Position numbers and translations under genes: made by a program
Notes under the pieces: model-generated
Database searches by the model: none
Seen by the model: the letters and a program-made list of their open reading frames with translations, nothing else
Told to the model about the DNA's origin: nothing
From: Klebsormidium nitens
Taxonomy: Eukaryota; Plantae; Klebsormidiophyceae
Reading direction: 5' to 3'
NCBI GenBank assembly: GCA_000708835.1
Contig: DF236958.1
Coordinates: forward strand, 124,001-188,000
Length of the DNA: 64,000 nt
Shown: one piece after another, positions 13,350-24,604 of the stretch
Layout of the letters: each line of letters begins with the position of its first letter
Position numbering within the stretch: position 1 is the first letter of the stretch

Positions 13350-16300
13350 ATGGCCACTGCAATTGCGCACGCAGCAAATGGCGCCACATATGGGGCGCCC
13401 AATCATGCTGGCAGCATTACTGGGTCGACCGCCGAACACTTAGTTGGCCCGCAAAGCAAGCCTTTCAGTCCAATCCTTTGTTCGCCAGCAAGACTCACAA
13501 TGCCGAGACTTGGGACTTGTTCCGGCGCGCCATCTTTCGGCACCTCCCGGTGCGCCAGCATAAAAGCACCTTCTCTCGCACTACATCAGCGCGCCTCGCT
13601 TTCCGGTGGCTGGCGCCTCTCCACTCTCCCAAGAGGCAGCTTCTTGTCGAGCCGGTCTGTCCTTCTCGCCCCGGCGTCGCTCAGAAGGCCCTCCGGTAAT
13701 GGTGGCAGGCGAAATGTCGTCGCCAGTGCAGCTCGCAGTGGGGGGGCGTCCCCGGGAGGAAGTCCGAAGCGGCAGAGTAACAACGGGAGGGAGGTTCCGC
13801 TTTTTTCTGGACGAATGGCGGACTTTGTGTCAAATATTAAGCGGCCGGATGCGACGTCCGGGGGGGGAAGTTCGGCAGGGGGAAGTGGGGAGGTAGAGTC
13901 GGACAAACCGTACAGAATCGGGGAGGCAATCAAGCAGGCGAGGGAGAGAATTCTGAGGGCGAGGCAGAGCAGTGCATCATCGAAGGTAAGCTTGATATCT
14001 CAATCGTGTGACACCACTTATTTGAGCACCACATCTTTTCATAATTCTTTCAAAACGTAGAGATATAACTAACGTCGCATTCTTATTGACCCCAATGAAG
14101 AAAAAATTGGGCTGTTCCTCGACGCCTTGACCGATGTGCCCAATTGTGGTGGTGGAAATAGCATTTGAGAGCTGTTTCTTACTGAGCACATTTTGAGGGG
14201 TAGAGGGTACAGTGTATGATAGGTTGGTTGTTTGTTTTGCTTGCACTTTAAAATTGGTGAGAGCCTTTCTTACTACCTAAGGAAAGAATTGTGTGATGCT
14301 GGGTGGTGTGATAGTGAATGAAAATCTGTGTTGTCGTAGTTCTGTCCATTTTGGATGTTCTTTGCGAGGTAGTCATACTCCAGGTGGTCAAGCGCCGTTT
14401 CACAAGGATGCAGCACTGGGGCAGAGAGTGTGGTGCGTCCTGCCGGTTTAGTATACAGAACTTCCGAGAAAAGATTGTTACAATGGAAAAGCAAGCCTTA
14501 TGTTCCTGCCTTTTCAATGCAGGCTGAGAGTGCCTTCAAGGCAGCCAGCGAGCCTGTTCCGCCCAAAGCGGCCCCCAAACCGGAGCCGGTCAAGCAGACC
14601 GATCCGGTTGACAAACCTGACCCTGTCAAAACCCCCAAACCTCGGGCCAGGGCAAGGACGGCATCCCAACCAGAACCGGAGGTAAAATCAGGCGCTGAGG
14701 CGACTGAAAGTCCCCCCCCGCAAGCGAAGGCGCCGCGAGCAAAAGCAACGAGAGCGAAGGCAACTAGAGTGGTCCAGAAAAGCGTGGTGGAAGCGGACGC
14801 GCCGCGAAGGTTCATCTCGGGACCGGAGGGCGTGGTTGCGATTTTGGAGAAGCCGACGGCGCAGAAAAAGGTGGCGAAACCGGCGGCGGCGCCGAAAGCG
14901 GCGCGGGCAAAGAAGGCGGAGGCGAAACCGAAGGTGGCTAGACGGAGGGCGGTGACTAAGGCTGGGGAATCGGAGCAAGGGGCGGATGACAAGATTTTGG
15001 AGGCGGGAAAAGCGGCTGGAAAGGGGCTTGAGGTGTCAGAAGAATCGGCGGAAGATTCGGAAGGGCTACGAATCAGGGGCGCGGCGAGTGTTTCGACTCG
15101 TGGATCGAAAAGTGGGGCTAACGGGACGTTGAAAGAGAATGGGGCGACGAATGGGCTGGCGGCGAATGGGACTAGGGCGACGTTTGTTATGGAGGAGCCA
15201 ACCCTAGCGTCGGCTGCTCTTCCCAGAGCGGCAGCTTCGAAAGGTGAGGGCTGGGTTATGACAACGGCAGGAGGGGGGGGGAGTGGAACTATTACCAGTG
15301 TGACGGAGAAATCGGAGACAGAAGCAGTGCGGGGTAGTCGAAGCAATGCGGCGAAAGCCTCAGTGTCTGTTGGTGGGAACGGGCACCCAAGTTCTGCGGA
15401 AGAAGGGGAGGCCATTGATAGTGGAACGATGCGGGAAGAAGGTTCGAATGCCAACAGGAACGCGGACAAGTCAGCAGAAAAGGCGATGGTCGCCGAGCAG
15501 AGATCATCTCCGCCGGAAAGCGCAAGCGAAAAGCCGACCAAAACAGAAAGCGTCCAGAACGGGAAGTCCGCGGATACCCCCCAGTCAGAAAAGCGCGCCG
15601 GCCAGGAGCCCCCCCCCAAGAATAGGTACGCTGCAAAGAAGGGGGAAGCGAAGAAGGATCCGAAGGAGAAGCTGGCTGGAATCCGGGGGGGCCTCGTTGA
15701 TCGAATAGTGGCCAGTCCGAAAGTGTCGACGGTGCTCGCGGCGGGGGGGTCGGGGCTGGACACACCGAGCATGGTACGGCTGCTGAAAGACCTGAGCGTG
15801 AAGGAGACGGCAGTCAAGAAGCCGGGGCTCACGGCAAAGGTGAAAACTCTCTTTTTCACCTTGATTTCCTTCTAAAGACTCTCTTAAAACGCAACGCGGG
15901 CTGACATTTGGGGCTTTGTCTTCAGTCAACTTTGATTGCTGTGGTAGCTTGACCGTCAATGCATCCTCCCCTCCCTTTCTCCTTTCGTAGTTTCTGTTTT
16001 CGACAATGCTCCTTTGCATATCACTCACCTCCTTTGCGCCTCCTCGCGCACAGGTCAACGTACTCCTGCTTCTGAGATTGTGGCCCAATTACTTCGTGGT
16101 TTCTCTTTCGATCACTCCCTTGGTACAGAGCCTTTGGATTCTGCTTCTCCTTTCCCTTACGAGGACTGCCTTCCGAAAGCAGCCGGTCGCCTGTGCTGAA
16201 TTACCTCGCTGTCTGCGAATACTGTTTCTGGGACCTTCTCTTCCGTCCGCGATTCACTTTGGGCTCCTAAATCAGGCTCCCTTCACTCTCCTTTTAAGAA

Positions 16301-18276
16301 AAGCGGTCCTCTGAGTATGTCTCAAGAGACTCTCGGAGATCAAGAGGTATCTCATGATCTGTCTTTTAATTCGACCTTTTTCACAAAAGGGGTGGTAAGG
16401 GGGTGGTAAAGCCCGCTTCCCTTGCGTTCTTACCGACCTTCGCCAGCTCTTCAAGAAAAAGGGCACTTTAAACTTATTTGCACTTGTGGGACAACATATC
16501 GAATTTCCTTCTTCTTCCTTCTTTTGACCTTGTCTTGGCTGCGCAAGAAGACCGCCATTCTCAACCCGGTGGTCTACCTGTCTGCCCCCTTAGATTTTCT
16601 TGCCGACTCTAGTTTTAGAAATGAACAGAGGGCCTAGTCAGATGCAAGAGCATCTAACCCTCTCTCCTTTACCGCAGACGTTCGCCTGGCTTCGGAAAAA
16701 CAAGGCCCCACTCGACCCCGTCGTCTACACGGCCGCCCTCGAGTTCTTTGCTCGCGACGTCAACGCAAACTCTGCGCTCGAAACGCTCGCCGACATGCGC
16801 GAGCAGAAGATCCGGCCCTCCGCCGACCACGTGGCCCACGTGATCGCCGCGCTCCGGGGCGCGGGGCGCTTCCGCGAGGCCGCCGACGTCGTCGCTAACG
16901 TTGGCGGCCCCGATGCTGACGTCAGCATGGACGCGACGTGCTTCAACGGCGCGCTGCGGGCTTGCATCGACGGGAGACTCGGCGCCGAAAAGCTTTTTGA
17001 CGTCTACGCGGCGATGCAGAAGGCGGGGGTGACGGAAACTGCCGACACGTACGATTGTGTCATCGACGGGTGTCTCTTGGCGAAGGGGGATCCCCCGGCC
17101 GTGGGGTGGGTCGCCGAAAAGATGCAGGAGAAGGGGTTTACGCTCGACCGTGCGGGCGCCCGAGCGATCGAACAGTTACTGAGCGGAGCGAAAGTCGACG
17201 AAGCGTGGGACCGGTTCATCAATTGGAAACCCAGCAAGGGCCGGTGGAGCGGGGCTCTCTACGTGCGAATGTTGGACGGTTTGCTGGCCCGGGGGCTGGC
17301 AGAGGACGTCAGCTTGCACGTCAGCGAGATGCAGCGGCACAAGCTCGAGCTCTCAGCCGACCAGTGGGAACGAGTGAAGAAGCTCACGAACCCCCCCGGG
17401 AGCGTGATCCCTCCCCCGACTGCAAGTGCGAGTGCCCCTCCCTCTCCTACTGTTTCTGCCTTCCTGGACGTCAACAAACCCCGGAGCTCATCCGAGCCCC
17501 CCCAGCAACTGTCTTCGAGCGAAGCCGGGGGTTCGAAAAGTGAACCAGCAGGCGAAGGAGGGGTCGGGTCACCCCCCCGAGATGCCAAAGTGAGCGCAAA
17601 TGCGGCAAGGGGCGAAGCGCCGGGTCCTGTTATGAGGAGCCCGCTGCAGACGTTGTCAGACTCGCTGGTTAAAAGGGCCACGGAGGGTAAGCTGAGGGGG
17701 AGCACGGGGGATCCCCTTCAGCCGGAAAAGCGGCTGGTCATGAAGGAGGTCTGGACACCCACCGGCAAGTTCTTCACGGCGCCCCGGGTGGTCCCGAGTG
17801 CAGAGGGGGGGCCGGAAAACGCGGACGAAGGCGGGGCGTCGACCCCTGCCGTTTCGGGGGGGTGTGCGGCGATCCCAAAGAGCGGACCGGCAGAGCGGTC
17901 GGGTAGAAGTCCTTCCCCACTTAGGTCGCCACAGGGGGCGACTGTTCCGTTCCAGGGGGTAACGTCCGCCAGCTCTTCAGGGGGGGGTGTTTCGAGAGCG
18001 AGCAGTGCGGGGGGTGAGGACGAGGAGGTCCCGGGCGACCTTGCGCCGTACTGGAAGCTGATACAGGTGCAGATTGCGAAGGGACGGATCGAGGGGGCGG
18101 CGGAAACGTTGGACGACGTTCGGCAAATGGGGCTCGTTCCGACGGCGGGGATGTTTAAGGTGGTCGTGGTTGCATGCGGGAAGGCGGGATTGAAAGACGC
18201 GGCGTGGAATTTGATTCGGGGGATGCAGGAGTCGGGGCACATTCCCACACCGGACGTGTTTGAGGCGTTGCGTTGA
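13350..18276 (+). CDS. Pentatricopeptide repeat (PPR) protein with plastid-transit-like N-terminus and long low-complexity regions
   Basis: Exons 13350-13985, 14523-15839, 16678-18276, all phase 0. The start codon is uncertain and a small exon in 15840-16677 cannot be excluded. PPR-like helical motifs include VVYTAALEFFARDVNANSALETLADMREQKIRP, TCFNGALRACIDG..VYAAMQKAGV and MFKVVVVACGKAGLKDAAWNLIRGMQESGHIP. The N-terminus is Ser/Arg/Ala-rich. Confidence 0.8.
16527..16606 (+). repeat. Diverged intronic copy of the start of PPR exon 3
   Basis: Translates TLSWLRKKTAILNPVVYLSAPLDFLA, versus real exon TFAWLRKNKAPLDPVVYTAA-LEFFA at 16678 onward. The copy has no AG immediately before it. Confidence 0.7.
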
Positions 18277-19667
18277 GGGACGTTGAGTTGGTGATGCCTG
18301 CAAAAGTTTTCAGTGGGCTCTTCGATCAGGTTATGAGAACGGTGCGGTGCAGGGACGATATATGATGAACTTCATCATTGAAAGAGTGGTCATTGAAGTG
18401 CAGCTCGTTTTGCGGCGCGGGCCGGCGCATTGTCTGTCATGGTCACTTGAAAGGGCGCTCGGCACATCGTGGTCAGGCATGTCGAAGACTAGGTTCCTCA
18501 AACTCATGTTGTGCATGGTCTGATGTCATGTCATGAAAGAAGTGCCGATGTATCGGACATAATTCATTGAGTTCTGCCTTCAGAGTTCTGCAAACCACGT
18601 CCAGCTATAGTGCGGCTTTGAACTCGACAAGATTACAGATCGAGTGACGGTCATGCAGCATGCATGACTTTATATGCTAGCCCCTTCCTAGAGCTTGTCG
18701 GCAAGTGCGTCATGCAACCTACCTATACCTACATAGGTAGTACTGGAGCCATATTTTAAACCCCAATTCCGTCTTCAAAACCCTAGGATAACCCCGTCAG
18801 CGCTGATGTCAATTGTGCGTGCCTTGCCGTGGCAAACCCGAGGACGGCCGCCTACCATCTTTTCACCAATCATGATGCTCGTTACTGGCCATGTGGTCAG
18901 CCAAGTAGGTACCTGGTAAGGAGGAGCATGTAAACCGGTATGGTACTGTATCTATCCGGTACCGGTTCCGTGATTGGTAGACCCACTTTCTCTTCAGAAG
19001 CGCCAGCTGAGCTTGGCTGAGCTGTCATGCAGCAGCATTCTTATAGCACTTCTGCGACTGCACGGCTGCAGAATGCAGATGGGAGCAAAGTCATGTATCC
19101 AGGAGCAGGATGCATCGACTCAAGAAATACTGCTTTCACAAAGGAAGGGCGAGACTTACAAGGTAAGATTGCGTTCTCCAATGTGCCGCAAGGAGCAGGT
19201 GTTGCACTTTGGGCGTCGGCTGAGCTGAGCCCCGCCAATCTCCATGCAGAAACGGGTCTGAAGAGAAAAGTTGAGAGCGAGGAGAATAAAGAAGCCAAGA
19301 CAGTCTCGTGGACTTTCAATTGATAAAGAGAGCTTTCATTGCAGGGTTTCAATTGAAAAGAATTTGAAGGTCTAGCTCCACTTCTGACTGCTGCCGTGGA
19401 TTTTGTGACAGACAACAAGTCTATGCTGGTCTTCAGTGTGTTGACTAGCCTAGGAAAAGTACACATCTGCTCTTGCAGCTTTTGTGCACCTGATTGTTTC
19501 GTGTTCGCATCTTAAAAACTTTAATGCACCTTCCTTCTGCAGCTCGCGTGCGCTCGCTAGCTTGGACTGCAAGTGCATGCGCCTGTGTAGTCAAAGGCCC
19601 TGAGGTTTTGGTTTAGGAGTAGTTAAAGTCGCTCGCAGTTTGGGTTTGGGGAAACCAAGGGTTTAGC

Positions 19668-22600
19668 ATGGCTTGCCCCACATTGAAGCGCGACCTGGCT
19701 CGCATGGTCAGCGCATGTGCACGCCTGGGGGACTTGGACTGCGCGCTTACGGTCATTGATAAGATGAAGGAACGAGGGTGGCAGCCCGATAGCAACACGC
19801 TGAACCATCTGCTATGGTCCCCCTGGGAGATAGCCGATAAGGGGCTGCCTGGGGGGAGTGGAAAGTGTGAGGAGAGGGAAAGAATTGACGGGTGCGAGTG
19901 GGGCGTTGTTAAAGGTGAGCAGCTGCTTAGCTTGGTTTTTTCGAATTGAATGAGTACTCGATAAAGAAAGCGTGCTCATCAACGTTGGGGAATCTCCCAA
20001 ACAGGCAAATAAGCGCCCTAGATGGTGTTCGTGGCTTCTGATTCTCATCCAATAAAAGAGTGCAAGTTTTGCCAGGTGCTTATGACACTCCGTCGAGCAT
20101 TGCCCTGTTGAGGAGTTGGCCGACAGTCAACTTCCATGTCAGTGGAAGGTCTTAGGTGCATTCTAAGCCGAGACTTCTGTCCTCCACAGAATCGTCCATA
20201 TGATGTTCGACAGGAGCGTCTGGCGTCTGCAGGCTTCTTCTCCATTTCAGTTTCTTCTGCTTCATGCTTTTGCTATCGATCATCGGGCAAGAAGCCCACA
20301 AGAAGAATTGTTCCCAGTAGGAGGACAGTATTACAAAGGGCGATGAATCAAAAGTAGGGGGGGGCATATGAACAATCAGTTCCACCTCCTCAGGTTTGAA
20401 GGGCGTTCGACGGAAGCGCGTCAGGTGGGTCGGTGGCCCGCCCACTCTGCCGTCCGATTGCCTGGCGCGCAGCAAGCAGGATGCTCCGCCCTCTGATACC
20501 CGCCCGTGGGACGAGCTCCCAACGGAGTTGCTCGTGGGCATTCTGAGACGACTTGGGGACGAGCGGGGCGTGCTAATCGCGTCAGCGGTGTGTTGCGGCT
20601 GGAGGGAGGGCCTCGCCGAGGGCGTCACTGAGCTTTCCCTCAAGTGGTGAGGATTTTAGAGTGGGAGTTATAAGACTAAGATTTTTTGGGGGTATGTTTT
20701 GATGTATTGAAAATCTTGGACACGGACAGGTTGCGCTCGCGGAGGGTGTTGCTGGTCCAAGGCCAATTGGTGCTTTCAAGAGTTCTTCCTTATGCTTTTA
20801 CCCGTTGTACGTGATGATTGCTCAGGTTTACTTTTATGCCGGTTTAGATTCAAGCTTCATGAGTCGGGACATGTTAGGACGTCTTCAAGAAGTTTCGCCC
20901 TCCGGCCAGGGCGAAAGCCTCTCAAAGAGCGAGCATTTCAAGTATATGCTTTTCGGGACGGCTAGAGGTTCAATCTGTTTCGGACGGCAACTGGGATGTG
21001 CCGTTGTCAACCTTCCCATGTTGCCGAGACTGCACTTCGATTACAATCTCAGGTCTATTCCGAATAGTTAGTGGCTTTGGCGTACGGCCGCTCTAAAGAA
21101 CCTTCGTTTGAGGCTCTTGGTCAAGCGTAGAGTTTCGGCGAGTCAGGATTGTTGGTGTTAACAACTTTCTGTCAACCAACCAAGCTGTAAGAGCAACCAA
21201 TTTTACCCAACTCACGCATAACCAATCCTGTCCCGCCAGGTGTCGCACCGCCGCTGTTCCGGCGCTCGTCACCCACACCGTCCCGCGCTTCCGTAACCTG
21301 CACGCACTCAGCCTCTGGCGGTGCCCCTCCCTCACTGACACAGGTAAGTCGCCCGGTTGGATGCATAGCTCTCTGAAAGCCTGGAGTGTTTCATCATCAT
21401 TGCAACGGCTCGGGTGCCACGTGGCACGCTGGCAAAGATCACGATGCGGTGAGTCGCTCAGAACAATCCGTGCGTGCTTGATACACGTACAAGTATGACG
21501 TCAGCAAGGCAAGTACCAGTTCAGGTTACAAACAACTTATATCGCATCCCCGTACAGCTGTCGCCGCCGTCGCTGCCAGCTGTCATCATCTCCGCATCCT
21601 CGACCTGTCCCTGGGCTCCCAATTGTCGGACGATGCTCTGCGGGCGCTCGCTGGGGGCTGTCCGAAGCTCAAGAGTTTGGACGTCAGCGGATGTGTCCGG
21701 TTTACGGAGGGGGGTTTCGTGACGCTGTTTTCGAAATGCAAAGAGCTGAGAGCGGTGAACCTGTGCGGGTGCGTCGGGGGCGTCAGCGACAAGGTGTTGA
21801 GGGTGAGGGAATCTCAAGATGTTTCTACGTTGATATATTGGTTAGGTGTTTGAGACACAAGAACCGAGATACCTGAGGTGCAGAGATTGTCGAGGATTCA
21901 ATGTCGAGCTCCATGGTCTACCCTCTTGTCAGCTTCTGAATTACAGCCCCGTAAAGCCGAAGCGACTTTTTTCGAATGTCGTCTCCAGTCCCACCATCCC
22001 GTCTTCCCTTCGTATTGAATGACGTCTCCAATCGAATCAACCCGTCTTTCATTCTGGTATCGGATCCTACCTCCAATTCACGAAGTCTTCCTTTTGTCCA
22101 GGCAATGGCATGGAACTGCCGGGACCTGCAGTCCGTGAATTTGGGCTGGTGTGACCGTGTGACTGACTACGGCCTGTCCGCCCTCGCCGCCGGGTGCCCC
22201 TCCCTCGAAGTCCTGGACCTTTGTGGCTGCACTAGCACGACCGGTAGGGGCTACTTTCACATTTCTTTTCCGCTTTTACTTTCCATTCTCCTCACCTACT
22301 GCGCGGAGCTGGCAGGCCCTATCACGATGTTTTGCACTTGGATTGGCCGCTCAAGTGAAACTCTTGTACTCTTTGTGATTGCCTGTTTCTCTCGAGCATC
22401 AGTAGCCCATATTTCCCTGCTCTCATTCTGGCCGGCGACCCCACCTCCAGACGATCTTGGCCTCTGCACCTGGGCGCTGTGTTCCTGGTTATTCCCTGGT
22501 CCAAGTCGTCACTCAGCTAGCTTCGCAGATAGTAAACCTCCTTAAATGATCACCTCTGCTACCTTTCATCATCTCTACTGTTATCGTACCACGTCCGCAA

Positions 22601-23653
22601 ACCTTTCATCCTACCGTTCCCGCTTCTGGTTGAGAACGTCTCTGCGTGATTAAAGAAGCTGCCGTGCCTCAGTCCTTTCAGGAACCGAGTCGCAAAATTC
22701 ACATCTGCAAACAGCCCCCGCAAACCTTGATTCGAGACCAGCCCAGCGTATCCCGTTAACCCGCTTCCGCGAATTAACCAAGCTAAGAATAACCCGCTTT
22801 TTCCAGACCGGGCGGTTGTCGCACTGGCCGGGAACTGCCTCCGCCTGCGCGCTTTGGGCCTGCACTGCTGCCGCCTCCTAACAGACCGCAGCATCTATGC
22901 TCTTGCTGCGAGTGCGGCTCAGCGGAAGGAGTTGAAAATAGCAGGTTGGCACTTCTCTTCGTTTGGACCCCTTCTGTCTTTCCTCTTTGTTCGTCAGAAG
23001 CTTGGGCCCGAGTAAATTGGCGCTGTCGGTTTTCGTGTCCTCGTCGTTCATGAGATTGCATTTAGCAACACCCAATTCTGCTCTATTTCTTCCAGAATAT
23101 ACTATATAAGCAAGTGAACCAGAACCGTTACTTACACTTACTCCATTAATCTCTGGAATCAACCTCTTAGGCCCGGTGATCCCCGTGCTGATCCTCTGCC
23201 CCTGTATGTAGGGGAAATGTCATTCTACTCGTGCGATTGTCATCGTCAACCATCCATCGTTAACCAAATATTTGAGCACCAGATGAATTAACAGGGACTC
23301 TCAGTCCCTCAGGCCTCATGCAAGTCTTCCCAGGCCGAGTCGCGTTAGAGAGATCACTTCCAATCTGTGCTGCAGGATCGTTGAGCCCCGAGTGCACCAT
23401 TACAACCAGCACCTTCTCTGCTCGGCTCTCGGGCTCACAAGACGCCCGACGGCCGAAAAACGCGGGCGCCCCGCAGTTTGGGCTGTTGTCACTAAATGTT
23501 AGCGGGTGTGTCCTTCTCAAGGCTCCCGCTATGCAAGCGCTGTGCGACGCCTTCCCAAGCTTGCACACGTGTCCAAAGCAGAGATCGCTCAATGTAAGCG
23601 GGTGTTTAGCGTTGACGAACGTACGTTGCAAGTGCCGGCAGAAGGCGTTGTGA
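19668..23653 (+). CDS. SKP2: F-box/LRR protein, SKP2A/SKP2B-like, with a PPR-like N-terminal exon (~468 aa)
   Basis: Exons 19668-19914, 20394-20646, 21240-21343, 21558-21802, 22102-22243, 22807-22944, 23376-23653 (1407 nt, phases consistent). F-box WDELPTELLVGILRRLGDERGVLIASAVCCGWR. LRRs LQSVNLGWCDRVTD and LEVLDLCGC. C-terminus QALCDAFPSLHTCP..SLNVSGCL resembles plant SKP2A. Exon 1 is less certain than exons 2-7. Confidence 0.85.
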
Positions 23654-24604
23654 CACGTTGTACATGATGTATGTAACCAGCCGTAGGCAACTCGACTTGA
23701 CTCTGACTAGGGGTAGGAGAGTTGGTGAGTTGCGAGATTCATCTGTGTATATAGTGTAGCTAGAGATATTGTACATATGTTTAGTTGCTGTAAATTGTGA
23801 ATTTATATAAAGCATAGATGCACCGGCAAGTAGTCAGTTTGTACATATGCTCAGCTAGAATCAATTTAGCTTTGATAGCGCACAGTGTTTAGTTGCCAAA
23901 GTTTCGTAAGCCAGTTTCTATAAATTCATTGAGCGGTTGGATACAAAATGTTTGATATTCTTATCTTGGCTGAAGTTGGTAAGACATTGTTCGGTAATGC
24001 TAGCTATAGTCATGCGCATACACTAGTGAGGCTTGGAAGGGCAAAACTTTCACCATGGAAAGTCACAGTTCGACCATACACCATACAATTCAGCAGACTT
24101 GACTCAACGTTGATTCCTTCATCGATCGAAGTTTTCTACTGAGCTAACCTCAAATTCTTTTTAGACAATGCGTTGCGCGCAGCAAATGATCCGGTCGACT
24201 CGCTTCTCAATGATGCGGTCGACGGCCAATTGCGCGTTCATGTGAGCAGAACGATCTGTACTTTCGTATATCTTCTTCAATCATCGATCCTTTGATCCAC
24301 GAGAGCCGAATTCTGGAGAACGTTCTGTTCATAGCCGCGGGCCGCCAAAACATTCGATCTAGCTCGCCATATGCATGCGGCCCTCGGCCTGACCGCTAGG
24401 TATGTGTTCCAATCAGAATCAGCGAACGACGGTGTGTGCACTTCCACTAAGCGAAATTTCTGCTGCACAGTCAGATGCTATAAATGTTATATCTCAAGGC
24501 GATGACGTTGCCAGGAGCGGCAATGAACGGCGTGTCGTTTGTGCTAGATTTTATGTTCGGCAACCCTCATAGTATCCGAGTTTCTCCTGTCATCCTGGAA
24601 ACTT

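Noticed and set aside
14498-17705. Long antisense ORFs (14498-15859, 17259-17705 and similar ones elsewhere)
   Set aside because: They are mirror frames of GC-rich, low-complexity real exons.
18870-19605. Exon-like segments (e.g. 18998-19162 with cag| and |gtaaga)
   Set aside because: I found no phase-consistent coding path to the F-box or PPR frames and no recognisable product. They may be 5' UTR exons.
20722-20760. Possible shadow of F-box exon end (LAEGV in both)
   Set aside because: Only ~15-20 nt of similarity, which could be chance.
22425-22470. Possible shadow of LRR exon start (LAG…LH in register)
   Set aside because: About 60% identity over 42 nt is not distinguishable from background by eye.
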